Source: an uncultured Victivallales bacterium
GTDB taxonomy: Bacteria; Verrucomicrobiota; Lentisphaeria; Victivallales; UBA1829
Reading direction: 5' to 3'
DNA: 64,000 bases
Assembly: GCA_944390735.1 (NCBI GenBank)
Contig: CALXRL010000014.1
Coordinates: 1,441-65,440 of the forward strand
Below, piece by piece: positions 33,430 through 43,200 of the stretch. The notes under the pieces are model-generated. The model was not told the origin of the DNA, did not search any database, and saw only the letters and a list, made by a program, of their open reading frames with translations. The position numbers and the translations under genes were made by a program. The stretch's first letter is position 1, and the number at the start of each line of letters is the position of its first letter.

Positions 33430-34527
33430 ATGAAGGTACTGCAGATACTGACGGAACTGGGACCGGGGGGGGCGGAACGGGTTGTGCTGGATCTTTCCGC
33501 ACAGCTGCTGGAGCGCTCGCACAGCGTGTCGCTGATTTCGCTGAAATCGCCGCCGGAGAACAAATCGCTGGAGGATGCGTTTCTGGCGCTGGGAATTGTG
33601 CCGGGGTTCCTGCATCTGGACGGATTCCGCGATCTCTCCCGGATCTTTCTGCTGCGTCGCCGGATCAGGGCCATTGCTCCGGACATCATTCACACACATC
33701 TGATGCACCCGAATCTTCTGACGCGCATTGCCGCGGCGGGGCTTTCCATACCCCTGCTCAACACCATTCACATCAGCGAGCGGAGAAAGGGAAAAGGACT
33801 CTTCTTCCGGCTCGACAGTCTGACCTTTCCGCTCTGTTCCGCCTGCAATGCGGTCTCCTTTGCCTCTGCACGGTTCCATGAGCAGGCGCTCGGACTTCCC
33901 GCCGGAACGATTCAGGTGATTTACAACGGGGTTGATCCGCTTCCCCGGCCCGCGGATCCGGTGCTCGCCGCCCGGCGCGCGGAATGGGGAATGGAAACGT
34001 GCAGCAGGATCATCGGCGCGGTCGGCAGACTCGACTGGCAGAAGGGATTTGATCTGCTTCTCCGCCTTCTGCCGGAAATTTCAGCGGCGATTCCCCCGTC
34101 GGAACGCTGGGGACTGGTCATTCTGGGGGAGGGGCCGCAGCGCGCGGAACTGGAGAGTCTGGCCGCGGCGGCTCCGGAGAATCTGATTGTCCGTCTTCCG
34201 GGCTTCCGGACGGATGCGCCGCAGATGGCATGGCTCTTCGACGTCTTCGTCATGCCGTCCCGTTACGAGGGGTACGGTCTCTCCCTTGCCGAGGCGATGA
34301 CCACCGGAGTGCCGGTGGTGGTCAATCCCGTGGATTCCCTGCCGGAAATCTGCCGCTTCTACCGCAACGGCATGTTCGCCGACTTCTCTTCGCCCGAAAA
34401 ACGGAAGGAGACCGCGGAACGGATCGTGGAGGCGGCCTTCCGCGAACGAATCGCGCCGCAGGTCATCTCCACCCGGCGGGAGATGGCCAACCGCTACATC
34501 CGGCTCTACGACCATCTCCTCCGCTGA
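33430..34527 (+). CDS. Glycosyltransferase family 4 (GT-B)
   Basis: MKVLQILTELGPGGAERVVLDL and a C-terminal PSRYEGYGLSLAEAMTTGVPVV (EX7E-type). Confidence 0.85.
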   Translation: MKVLQILTELGPGGAERVVLDLSAQLLERSHSVSLISLKSPPENKSLEDAFLALGIVPGFLHLDGFRDLSRIFLLRRRIRAIAPDIIHTHLMHPNLLTRIAAAGLSIPLLNTIHISERRKGKGLFFRLDSLTFPLCSACNAVSFASARFHEQALGLPAGTIQVIYNGVDPLPRPADPVLAARRAEWGMETCSRIIGAVGRLDWQKGFDLLLRLLPEISAAIPPSERWGLVILGEGPQRAELESLAAAAPENLIVRLPGFRTDAPQMAWLFDVFVMPSRYEGYGLSLAEAMTTGVPVVVNPVDSLPEICRFYRNGMFADFSSPEKRKETAERIVEAAFRERIAPQVISTRREMANRYIRLYDHLLR

Positions 34528-34757
34528 CCGCTGGATTTTCCCGTCCTCCGGAAAATGGGGGCCTCTTTCGCCGTTCCGCCGTCCCGGTCTGCCGTTTTTC
34601 CGAAGGGAGGAAACGTCTCTTTTCATGGAATCCGGGAAAAAAAAGCAAAAACAATTTTACTCTTCGGAAAACTGTGCTACATTGATTGCGGAAACAGAAA
34701 ACAGGAAACCATTCAAACCATCATACAGAACCGAAACAGAAGGAAACTCAGGCAAAA

Positions 34758-35777
34758 ATGAAAACCGTGCTTGAAACCATTCGCGAACAGGCAAAGAAAC
34801 TGAACCGGAAGATCTGTCTTACCGAGAGCGACGACATCCGCAATCTCAAAGCGGCGGAAAAACTGGTGCAACTGGGCTATGCGCGCCCGGTGCTGGTCGG
34901 CTGCGAGGAGTCCATCCGGAAACTGGCCGCGGAAAACGGAGTCCGTCTTGACGGAGTGGAGATCGTCGATGTGCTCAAGTCGCCGAATCTCGACCGCTAC
35001 ATTGCCACCGCCGTTGAAATCCGCAAGAACAAGGGGCTGACCCCGGAACAGGCCCGGGAATGGCTCAAGGACACCTGCGTGTTTTCCGCCGTCATGGTCT
35101 GTGCCGGCGACGCCCACGGATACGCCTCCTGCGGCGGCAATCCGAACGGCTATGCCCACAACACCGCGCAGAAGACCAAACCGGCGCTTCAGCTGTTTAA
35201 AACCGCAAAGGGCAACCGGATCGCCTCCAGCTTCTTTGTCATGCAGATGCCCGATCCGAAATGGGGATACAACGGAGTGTTCTTCTACGCCGACTGCGGA
35301 CTGAATATCAATCCGAATTCCGATCAGCTTGCCGAAATCGCGGTCACGACGGCGAAACGGTTTAAAATGTATACCGGAGCCGAGCCGGTGGTCGCTATGA
35401 TCTCCTGCTCGACCAACGGGTCCGCGCATGATCCCATCATTGAAAAGGTCGTGGAGGCGACCGCCAAGGCGAAAGCCCTTGCGCCGGATATGCTCATCGA
35501 CGGTGAAATGCAGTTCGATGCCGCCGTCGTTCCGGAAATCGGCCAGAAGAAGTTCGCCGGATCGAAGGTCGCGGGACACGCCAACGTGCTTGTCTTCCCG
35601 GATCTGAACTGCGGCAACTCCATCTACAAGGCCACGGAGCGTCTGGCGGGAGCCACCGCGATCGGGCCCATCTGCAACGGTCTGCGCAGACCCTTCGTGG
35701 ACGGAAGCCGCGGCTGCTCCATCGACGATATCGTCGACATGGCGGCCGTCTGCGCCGTGACCGAATGGGAAGAGTAA
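34758..35777 (+). CDS. pta: Phosphate acetyltransferase
   Basis: ICLTESDDIRNLKAA...PDLNCGNSIYKATERLAGATAIGPICNGLRRPFVDGSRGCSIDDIV. Confidence 0.85.
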   Translation: MKTVLETIREQAKKLNRKICLTESDDIRNLKAAEKLVQLGYARPVLVGCEESIRKLAAENGVRLDGVEIVDVLKSPNLDRYIATAVEIRKNKGLTPEQAREWLKDTCVFSAVMVCAGDAHGYASCGGNPNGYAHNTAQKTKPALQLFKTAKGNRIASSFFVMQMPDPKWGYNGVFFYADCGLNINPNSDQLAEIAVTTAKRFKMYTGAEPVVAMISCSTNGSAHDPIIEKVVEATAKAKALAPDMLIDGEMQFDAAVVPEIGQKKFAGSKVAGHANVLVFPDLNCGNSIYKATERLAGATAIGPICNGLRRPFVDGSRGCSIDDIVDMAAVCAVTEWEE

Positions 35778-35876
35778 TCCTCTTTCCCTGTCAAAACCGA
35801 ACTTGGTGAAGAACGGAGGACCCCGGAAAGGAATCCGGGGCCCGTTTCAAAAACAAACCATAACCAGGAGAGTGAG

Positions 35877-36323
35877 ATGAAAAAAATCGTTCTGATGCTG
35901 CTTCTCATGTGCAGCGCCGTCTTCGCGTTCGCGGATGGAATCAACTGGCTCGACAACTACGGAAAGGCAAAGGAGGAGTCTCAGAAAACCGGCAAGCCGA
36001 TTCTGATGCTCTTCACCGGATCCGACTGGTGCGGCTACTGCATCAAAATGGAAAAGGATGCGTTTTCAAAACCGCAGTTCCAGAAATTCATTCAGGACAA
36101 CTTCATCATGTTCAAGGCGGATTTCCCGCGCAGACAGAAACTTCAGCCCGGAGTTGTTGCCCAGAACCGGAAACTTCAGTCCGAGTACAAGGTCCGGGGC
36201 TATCCCACGGTCATCATCACCGATGCCAAAGGAAAGCAGCTTGCCCAGACCGGTTTCCTTCGCGGCGATGTGAACACCTACATCAATGCCTATAAACAGA
36301 TTCTCGGAAAAATCAAAAAGTAA
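35877..36323 (+). CDS. Secreted thioredoxin-fold protein (Thioredoxin_7-like)
   Basis: Signal MKKIVLMLLLMCSAVFAFA and LMLFTGSDWCGYCIKM (CxxC). Confidence 0.8.
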   Translation: MKKIVLMLLLMCSAVFAFADGINWLDNYGKAKEESQKTGKPILMLFTGSDWCGYCIKMEKDAFSKPQFQKFIQDNFIMFKADFPRRQKLQPGVVAQNRKLQSEYKVRGYPTVIITDAKGKQLAQTGFLRGDVNTYINAYKQILGKIKK

Positions 36324-36364
36324 CACCGATTTCCGGTTTTCCTGAAAAAATCCCCGGAGCGCGA

Positions 36365-36393
36365 TTGAAATTTCCCGCGTTCCGGGGTATATT
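36365..36393 (+). promoter_or_regulatory. Candidate sigma70 promoter of the DUF21-CBS gene pair
   Basis: TTGAAA-tttcccgcgttccgggg(17)-TATATT. Confidence 0.55.
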
Positions 36394-36455
36394 GTTTTTA
36401 TTCGTTTCCAAAATCTTCAACGAGCCAGGGAGTTTTGCTGAGAAACAGCATTGGT

Positions 36456-37772
36456 ATGGACAGTTATTTCTTAATCGGCCTGGAAATCGTCCTGCTGATT
36501 GTACTGATCTGCGGGTCCGCCTTTTTCTCCAGCTGTGAAATGTCCCTTTTCTCCTTGAGCCGGGCGAAGGTGATCGCCTATAAAAATGATCCGTCTCCGA
36601 CCAAACGGCGCATCTATTTTCTGCTGGACAACTACAACAGAACGCTGGTGTCGATTATTCTGTCGAACATGTTTGTCAACAGCTGCATTTCGATGCTGAA
36701 CGACACGGTAATCAAGGATACGGGATTGTCGGGGGCGGCCGCGACGGCGGCATCCGCCGTCACCGGAATCCTGGTGCTGCTTCTCTTCGGCGAGATCACG
36801 CCGATGACGCTGGCGTATGTCTATTGCGATTCCTGGTCCCGTGTGGTGGCGCTGCCGGTCTGCATGATGCGGAAAATCCTCTTTCCCGTCATTTACGTGG
36901 CGGAGAAGTTCTCGGACAAAGTGCTGGATCTGCTCGGCCGGAGGAACTCGGTGCCTCTGACGCATGAGGAGTACGACTCCTATATCGACACCTGTACGCG
37001 GAACGGCGCGTTCTCGCCCGAGGAAAAGACGCTGCTGAAGGAGGCGCTGGATTTCAGTTCCCGGGAGGTGACGCGGATCATGCAGGCGCGAACCTCCGTC
37101 GGATTTCTGCGGAAGGATGCGCCGGCCGAAAGCGTGGCGGAGGCCATCTACAAGGTCCGGAAAATGTATTTTGTGGTCGGGGAAAAGGATCTTGACGACG
37201 CCGATATGATTCTCTCCGCACGGGAATTCTTCATGCTGTCCCCGCAGCAGCGGGAGCACTGGCTGAATTCGCCCTGCGTCCGCACTGCCATTTACATTCC
37301 GGAGCAGACCTCTGTGGTGCTGGCGCTCCGGACGCTGAAGGCGCACAACGAATTTGCCGCGCTGATCTCCGACGAGTACGGCGGCATTTCCGGACTGATC
37401 TCCCGTTCCGGCATTTACGCCGCGCTGACGGGCAGTTCCATCGGCGGGGAGCGTTTCGCTCCCACGGAACCGCTGCGGCAGGATGCGGACGGAAAACTCT
37501 GGCTCTACGAGGGGTTGACTCCGGTGGAAGCCGTCATAGAGGACACCGGATGGTCGCCCGAGGAGGAGCTCAAATCCTCCACATTGAACGGCGCCTTCTG
37601 CGAACTCTACGGCGCATTGCCGAAAGTGGGGGCGGAGGTGACGGACAGCGGAATCCGGATCCGGGTGCTGGAAATGACCGGCAACCGGGCGTCGAAACTG
37701 GAGGTCACGCTGCTGCAGGATCCGGAACGGAAAACCGGAATGGAGGAGAAGGAGGAGTCGCACTCATGCTGA
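36456..37772 (+). CDS. DUF21 (CNNM) + CBS-pair + CorC_HlyC-type membrane protein (hemolysin/Mg-Co efflux family)
   Basis: N-terminal TM region with FFSSCEMSLFSLSR and LVSIILSNMFVN, followed by a CBS region. Confidence 0.75.
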   Translation: MDSYFLIGLEIVLLIVLICGSAFFSSCEMSLFSLSRAKVIAYKNDPSPTKRRIYFLLDNYNRTLVSIILSNMFVNSCISMLNDTVIKDTGLSGAAATAASAVTGILVLLLFGEITPMTLAYVYCDSWSRVVALPVCMMRKILFPVIYVAEKFSDKVLDLLGRRNSVPLTHEEYDSYIDTCTRNGAFSPEEKTLLKEALDFSSREVTRIMQARTSVGFLRKDAPAESVAEAIYKVRKMYFVVGEKDLDDADMILSAREFFMLSPQQREHWLNSPCVRTAIYIPEQTSVVLALRTLKAHNEFAALISDEYGGISGLISRSGIYAALTGSSIGGERFAPTEPLRQDADGKLWLYEGLTPVEAVIEDTGWSPEEELKSSTLNGAFCELYGALPKVGAEVTDSGIRIRVLEMTGNRASKLEVTLLQDPERKTGMEEKEESHSC

Positions 37773-38740
37773 TCAGTTTGGTTCTGCTGGTGTTTTTCAT
37801 GCTGATGCAGGGAATGTTCGCGGGGATGGAGACGGGGATGATCTCCGTCCGCCGTCCGCGCATTGAGCACGCCCATGAAAACGGAAGCCGCGCCGCCGGA
37901 ATGGTGCTCTTCTTTCTGAACAATCCGGGCGTTATGATTTCGACGACGCTTCTTGGGGTGAACATCAGCGTGGTCTGCGCCTCTCTGGCGGCGAAACAGT
38001 TCGCCGAAAGCGCGGGACTCTCCTCGGCCGGAGCCCTTCTGGCGATGAGCTGTGCGCTGAGCGTCGGCATGCTGATCTGCGAAATCATTCCGAAGAACTG
38101 GTTCCGCCAGGCGCCCTGTCTTCGCTGTTCGAGATTCATCTGGATTCTGTATCTGACCTATTTTGTGCTGTTTGTCCCGGCAAGACTCTTCGACTGGTTC
38201 ACGTCGTTTCTGAGCCGGAAAATTTCACGCGACAAATCCAGCGCCGAAACGAAAAGCGCGGTGATGCGCGAAGATCTCAAACTCTTCCTGATGGAAAGTG
38301 AAAGTTCCGGGGGACTTCCCGCGGAAACCGCTTCGATTCTGGACAACGCCATTGATTTTCACTCCTCCCATGTGGGGGATATCATGCGGAAAAAACAGGA
38401 TGTGATGGAGGTCCGATCCGATCTGAGCGTGCAGGAGGCCATGCGGATTTGCCGCCGGACCTCGATCTCCAAATTTCCGGTGTTCGATCCGGAGAAAAAG
38501 TGCTGGATCGGCATTTTCTCCTCCTACAGCGCGATGTTTTCGCTGCGGGAACGGCAGTGGTCCTCGGTGAAGGTCCGGGACTGCATGCAGAACATGATCT
38601 CCATCGACGAATCCACCCCCGTGGTGAAGGCCCTGAGCCTGACGCGCGGTTCCGACGCGGCCATGTACATCGTGGTGAAGAACGGACGTCAGACCGGAAT
38701 CTTCACCTCCTCCGACATTGCGGGCAAACTTTTCGGATAA
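37766..38740 (+). CDS. Second DUF21 (CNNM) + CBS-pair membrane protein
   Basis: MLISLVLLVFFMLMQGMFAGMETGMISVRR...LLGVNISVV. The start overlaps the upstream stop (ATGCTGA). Confidence 0.75.
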   Translation: MLISLVLLVFFMLMQGMFAGMETGMISVRRPRIEHAHENGSRAAGMVLFFLNNPGVMISTTLLGVNISVVCASLAAKQFAESAGLSSAGALLAMSCALSVGMLICEIIPKNWFRQAPCLRCSRFIWILYLTYFVLFVPARLFDWFTSFLSRKISRDKSSAETKSAVMREDLKLFLMESESSGGLPAETASILDNAIDFHSSHVGDIMRKKQDVMEVRSDLSVQEAMRICRRTSISKFPVFDPEKKCWIGIFSSYSAMFSLRERQWSSVKVRDCMQNMISIDESTPVVKALSLTRGSDAAMYIVVKNGRQTGIFTSSDIAGKLFG

Positions 38741-38860
38741 CCCGTTCCCGTCCGGCGATTTGACGCTTTTTTGCAGAGATCCGGGGTTGAATTTTGCGCG
38801 AAAGTGTTTATTGTATAGGAAATATTCGTCGGAAACGCCTTAAACCTTAGGAGATGGGAT

Positions 38861-39151
38861 ATGTCGATTGAAAGCGCAAGAGCCTTTTGCATGAGAATGA
38901 TGAGTGATGATGAGTTCCGTGATTCCCTCGGAAAAGCGGAGAGCGCGGAAACCATCCGCGATATCATCAAAAAGGATCAATATGATTTCAATAAACACGA
39001 CCTTCTGAAAATCGTCAGCGAACTGACCGGCAAGAAGCTCGAAGCCGAACAGCTGGAGGATATGGTCTGCGGAATCTATGCGGAAGAGGTCGCGGGAAAC
39101 AGCAAAACGGAATCCATTGAAGCGGTCCGCACCTGGTTCAGAAGTCTTTGA
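38861..39151 (+). CDS. Nif11-domain small protein (96 aa)
   Basis: MSIESARAFCMRMMSDDEFRDSLGKAESAETIRDIIKKDQYDFNKHDLLKIV follows the Nif11 N-terminal pattern (MS-x-E-x3-F...D..L...L..A.s.e.i..I....gYdF...DL). Confidence 0.6.
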   Translation: MSIESARAFCMRMMSDDEFRDSLGKAESAETIRDIIKKDQYDFNKHDLLKIVSELTGKKLEAEQLEDMVCGIYAEEVAGNSKTESIEAVRTWFRSL

Positions 39152-39153
39152 TT

Positions 39154-40476
39154 ATGAGGAAAGTTCCGAAAATCGTCTCTCCGGACGAAGCTGTGCAGGC
39201 GGTCAAATCCGGAGACTCCGTCTACCTCAGCGGTTTCGCCAACTCGCCGGAAACGCTGGTCGAGGCGCTTTGCCGCCGCGGCGACCGCGGGGAACTGCAG
39301 GATGTGGAGATCGTTCAGCTGATGACCTTCGGCAAGGCTCCGTATACCGAGGAAAAATATGCCGGAGTCTTCATTCCGAACGCCTTCTTCGCCGGAGCCA
39401 ACAATCGGAAAAGCATCCGCGAGGGGGTCAGCGATTATCTGCCGGTCGGACTGAGCGATACGCAGGCTCTCTACCGCTCCGGAATTTTCCGGTGCGATGT
39501 GGCGATCATCAAAGTCACCAAACCGGATCAGCACGGGTATGTGTCTCTCGGAGTCTCCGTGGATATCACGCTGGCGGCGGTCGAGGTTGCCAAAACCGTG
39601 ATTGCCGTGGTCGACGAGAAAGCACCGCGGACCCTGGGGGATTCCCTCATCCCTTACAGCCGCATTGACTATGCCGTGCTTGACAATCATCCGCTGATGG
39701 AGATCATCAATCCGCCTTCGACGGAACTGGATATCGCCATCGGAAGAAACTGCGCGGCGCTGATCGACAACGGAGCCTGTCTGCAGATGGGCATCGGATC
39801 AATTCCCAATGCGATTCTCTCCGCGCTGAAAGATCACTCCGATCTCGGAATTCATACGGAAATGTTCTCCGACAACGTGATCCCGCTGGTCGATGAGGGC
39901 GTGATCAACGGAGCAAAAAAACAGATCGACCGGGGGAAACTGGTCACCAGCTTCCTGATGGGATCTCAGAAATTTTACGATTTCATTGACAACAATCCTC
40001 TTGTTCTCATGAAGGATATCGGATATACGAACGACCCCTTCATCATTGCCCAGAACGACAATGTGGTGGCCATCAACTCCGCGGTGGAGATTGATCTTAC
40101 CGGACAGGTCTGCGCCGATTCGATCGGCTGTCAGATGTATTCCGGTGTCGGCGGCCAGCTGGACTTTATTTACGGAGCCTCGCGTTCCAAAGGCGGAAAA
40201 GCCATCATAGCAATCGCATCCGAAACCACCCGGGGCGAAAGCAAGATCACTCCCTTCCTGAAACCGGGAGCCGGTGTGGTCACGCCGCGTCATCTCGTGC
40301 ATTATGTGGTGACGGAATATGGAATTGTGGATCTCTATGGAAAAACCCTTCAGGAAAGAGCCGCGCTGCTGATCAGCATTGCGCATCCGAATCATCGGGA
40401 AGCTCTGGAAAGAGCCGCGTTTGAACGGTTCGGCGCAGGGTTCCTCCGTCGACGCGCAAAGCTCTTTCAGCCGTAA
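39154..40476 (+). CDS. Acetyl-CoA hydrolase/transferase family enzyme (4-hydroxybutyrate/butyryl-CoA:acetate CoA-transferase-like)
   Basis: SGDSVYLSGFANSPETLVEAL, LQMGIGSIPNAIL, EMFSD, VAINSAVEIDLTGQV, SGVGGQLDF. ATG lies 2 nt after the Nif11-like stop. Confidence 0.8.
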   Translation: MRKVPKIVSPDEAVQAVKSGDSVYLSGFANSPETLVEALCRRGDRGELQDVEIVQLMTFGKAPYTEEKYAGVFIPNAFFAGANNRKSIREGVSDYLPVGLSDTQALYRSGIFRCDVAIIKVTKPDQHGYVSLGVSVDITLAAVEVAKTVIAVVDEKAPRTLGDSLIPYSRIDYAVLDNHPLMEIINPPSTELDIAIGRNCAALIDNGACLQMGIGSIPNAILSALKDHSDLGIHTEMFSDNVIPLVDEGVINGAKKQIDRGKLVTSFLMGSQKFYDFIDNNPLVLMKDIGYTNDPFIIAQNDNVVAINSAVEIDLTGQVCADSIGCQMYSGVGGQLDFIYGASRSKGGKAIIAIASETTRGESKITPFLKPGAGVVTPRHLVHYVVTEYGIVDLYGKTLQERAALLISIAHPNHREALERAAFERFGAGFLRRRAKLFQP

Positions 40477-40530
40477 CGAAAGGGCGGATCGAGGGGGCGG
40501 ATCAAGGGTCGAGGGAAAAAAGAGAACAAG

Positions 40531-40637
40531 ATTCTCCGACACGCTTCCGCAATCTTTTCTTCTTTGTTTCCGGGCCGGGACTCCCGGACGGAAACGGAAA
40601 AATTTTTTCTGACACGCTTTCGCATTTTTCTCTTTTG
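40531..40637 (+). repeat. Two imperfect direct repeats (core GACACGCTTYCGCAWT + T/C-rich tail), 73-nt period
   Basis: 40538-40553 GACACGCTTCCGCAAT versus 40611-40626 GACACGCTTTCGCATT (14/16 identical), each followed by a CTTTTCT-type tract. They flank a GC hairpin. Confidence 0.5.
40566..40608 (+). terminator. Candidate terminator of the CoA-transferase gene
   Basis: GTTTCCGGGCCGGGACTCCCGGACGGAAAC hairpin, then ggaaaaaTTTTTT. The T-run is 7 nt away from the stem. Confidence 0.4.
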
Positions 40638-40705
40638 CTCTATCTGGAAAGGGACCGTAAACCGTAAACAGAGAGCCGTTTTAAGGTGCGGTTCGGAAAC
40701 AGAAA

Positions 40706-40750
40706 ACGACCGGAGTCGGGATTTCCCCGGAACTCCGGTCGTTTTTTTTT
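40706..40750. terminator. Bidirectional intrinsic terminator between convergent genes
   Basis: gaaaACGACCGGAGT-15 nt-ACTCCGGTCGTTTTTTTTT. The 11-bp stem is flanked by an A-run and a T9-run, 19 nt from the argF stop. Confidence 0.7.
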
Positions 40751-40768
40751 GACTTTGAGGAATGACGG

Positions 40769-41680
40769 TCAGGCCATCAGAAGGGTCATGATCGCTTTCT
40801 GAACGTGAAGACGGTTTTCCGCCTGATCGAAGACGATGGACTGATCGGAATCCATGACATCATCGGTGATCTCCTCTCCGCGATGAGCGGGAAGGCAGTG
40901 CAGGACCTTTGCATCCGGCTTTGCCTTTTTGAGATTTTCCATATTCAGCTGATAGGGGGCGAGGATTTTCATCCGTTCCCCGGCTTCCTTTTCAAAGCCC
41001 ATGCTGACCCAGACGTCGGTATAGATGTAGTCGGCGTTTCGGAGAGCCTCATCGACGCCGGTTGTCCAAGTGGATTTCCCCGGACCGAGATTCCGGTTCA
41101 GGAATTCCGGAGAGGGGGCGAACTCCTTCGGCGCGGCGATGGCAAGATCGACTCCGGCCAACTGCGTGGCGAATATCAGGGAATTGGCCATGTTGCTGGC
41201 TCCGTCGCCGAGATAGGCCATTTTGAGTCCGGCAAGGCGGCCGTTGGAGTGTTCCCACATGGTGAAGATGTCGGTCAGGGCCTGGCAGGGATGAAATTCA
41301 TCGGTCAGGGCGTTGATGACCGGATATTTGGAATAGGCGGCAAGGCCCTCCACATCGCGTTGGGCATAGGTGCGGATGACGATTCCCTGAAGATAACGTT
41401 CCAGAACCCGGGCCGTGTCGGGAATGGTTTCGCCGCGGCCCATCTGGGTGTGCCCCTGATCCAGATAAACGGGATAGCCGCCGAGTTCCTGAATGCCGAC
41501 CTCGAACGAGACTCTGGTCCGGGTCGAGGATTTCGCAAAAATCATGCCGATGCTTTTCCCGGCAAGCGGTTTGATCGCTTCCGGAGTGCCGCGTTCCCGT
41601 TTGAGTTTCGCGGCAAGTTCTATGATTTTGTCAAGATCGGCTTTCGTCAGATCAGCGCATGAAAGCAAGTCTTTTTTCAT
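40769..41680 (-). CDS. argF: Ornithine carbamoyltransferase
   Basis: SSTRTRVSFE, HPCQALTD, DVWVSMG, HCLPAHRGEE. Confidence 0.9.
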   Translation of the reverse strand: MKKDLLSCADLTKADLDKIIELAAKLKRERGTPEAIKPLAGKSIGMIFAKSSTRTRVSFEVGIQELGGYPVYLDQGHTQMGRGETIPDTARVLERYLQGIVIRTYAQRDVEGLAAYSKYPVINALTDEFHPCQALTDIFTMWEHSNGRLAGLKMAYLGDGASNMANSLIFATQLAGVDLAIAAPKEFAPSPEFLNRNLGPGKSTWTTGVDEALRNADYIYTDVWVSMGFEKEAGERMKILAPYQLNMENLKKAKPDAKVLHCLPAHRGEEITDDVMDSDQSIVFDQAENRLHVQKAIMTLLMA

Positions 41681-41710
41681 TTGAAGAGCTCCTGGTTCGA
41701 GTTTTCAGTG

Positions 41711-42913
41711 TTATTTTGCGGCGTCGTGTTCCGTGATGGCCTCGTCAATGAGTTTGACCGCTTTCCTGCAGTCCTCCTCCGTGACGATCAGGGGCGGCAC
41801 AAGGCGCAGGACGGTTTCTCCGGCGGAGAGCGCGATCAGCCCCTTGTTTCTCAGAATGGGCAGCAGCTCGCCGGCGGGATAGTCCAGCACCACTCCAAGC
41901 ATCAGACCTTTTCCGCGGACGGCTTTGATGGAGGCGTGCTTCGGCATCAGCTCCTTCAGAAGACCGGCGAGGAACGCACCCTGTTTTTTGCAGTTGTCCA
42001 GCACGCCGTCGTTGCAGAGGGTGTCGACCACCGCGCATGCCGCCGCCGATGCCAGAGGAGTGCCTCCGAACGTGCTTGCGTGTGTTCCGGGCGTCAGCAC
42101 GTTTTCATGTTTGCGCCTGGCCACCATCGCCGCAATCGGATACCCGTTTCCGAGCGCTTTGGCCAGCGAGAAGGCATCCGGCTCGACTCCGTATCCCTGC
42201 CAGGCGAAGAGCGTTCCGGTCCGGCCCATTCCGCACTGGACTTCATCAAAGAGCAGAAGGATCCCCTTTTCGTCGCAGAGACGACGGACCCCTTCCAGAT
42301 ACTCCTGCGTGGCGGGAAGAATTCCGCCTTCGCCCTGCACCGGTTCGAGAAGGACTGCGGCGGTTTTGGAATCCACCGCTGCGCGGAGCGCTTCCAGATC
42401 ATTGAAGGGCACATGTTTGAATCCCTGGGTATCCGGACCGAATCCCTTGCGGTATTTGCTTCTGCCGGTGGCGGCAAGGGTGGCAAGGGTGCGGCCGTGG
42501 AAGGAGTCGTTCATGGCAATGATCTCATAGCGGCCCTGGGTCGATCCCCATTTTCTGGCGAGCTTGATGAGCGCTTCATTGGCTTCGGCGCCGCTGTTGC
42601 AGAAGAAGCAGACCCCGTCAAAACAGTGGGAGATCAGCTTGCTGGCAAGTTCCGGCTGACGCTCATTCATGAAAAGATTGGAAACGTGAACCAGCTTCTG
42701 CGCCTGCTCCACGATCGCCCGTGTCACCGCCGGATGACAGTGCCCGAGACTGCACACGGCAATGCCCGCGGCAAAATCCAGATATTCGTTTCCGTCGCCG
42801 TCCCAGAGATGGCAGCCGCTGCCCCGTGTGAAGAGAATATCCGCTTTCGGATACGTCTTCATGACATATTTGTCATACAGTTCGATATTTTTCTCGGTCA
42901 GAGCACTGTGCAT
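41711..42913 (-). CDS. argD: Acetylornithine aminotransferase (class III PLP aminotransferase)
   Basis: FCNSGAEANE, FDEVQCGMGRTG, SLAKALGNGYPI, STFGGTPLA. AAGGAG RBS. Adjacent to argF. Confidence 0.8.
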   Translation of the reverse strand: MHSALTEKNIELYDKYVMKTYPKADILFTRGSGCHLWDGDGNEYLDFAAGIAVCSLGHCHPAVTRAIVEQAQKLVHVSNLFMNERQPELASKLISHCFDGVCFFCNSGAEANEALIKLARKWGSTQGRYEIIAMNDSFHGRTLATLAATGRSKYRKGFGPDTQGFKHVPFNDLEALRAAVDSKTAAVLLEPVQGEGGILPATQEYLEGVRRLCDEKGILLLFDEVQCGMGRTGTLFAWQGYGVEPDAFSLAKALGNGYPIAAMVARRKHENVLTPGTHASTFGGTPLASAAACAVVDTLCNDGVLDNCKKQGAFLAGLLKELMPKHASIKAVRGKGLMLGVVLDYPAGELLPILRNKGLIALSAGETVLRLVPPLIVTEEDCRKAVKLIDEAITEHDAAK

Positions 42914-43200
42914 CTTCCCAAAACTCCTTATTTTATTTTTTTGTTTTCCAATTTCAATAGCAAATAACTACATTAGCATGGATTTTTCAAAATACAAGCG
43001 GAATAAAAAAGAAAAAACACCTTTCCCTGATTTTTGCGGTTAATGCGCATTCGGCGCTTGACTTTGCTTGACAAAACGTCTACTTGTAATAAGGTAGTCC
43101 GAACCCAATGACCGGCGCCGCGACGTTGAAATCGTGCGACATCATGAGGAAAAGGCAAGCTGCTCCGGTTTTAATTTTTGAGTATGGAGAACGAAGTGTC

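Noticed and set aside
38861-39151. Nif11-like peptide as a RiPP (lanthipeptide or other) precursor
   Set aside because: There is no GG/GA leader cleavage site followed by a Cys/Ser/Thr-rich core. There is also no LanM, radical-SAM, cyclodehydratase or C39-peptidase ABC exporter gene nearby. It is more likely a stand-alone Nif11-domain protein.
40531-40637. The two direct repeats as a possible mini CRISPR array
   Set aside because: There are only two imperfect copies (14/16 in the core), no cas genes, and a repeat/spacer geometry that is not CRISPR-like.
43058-43096. Sigma70 promoter upstream of topA (TTGACT / TTGACA boxes)
   Set aside because: Two good -35-like hexamers are present, but no acceptable -10 hexamer lies 16-18 nt downstream (TAATAA is 13 nt away and TACTTG is poor). 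It is therefore not reported as a feature.
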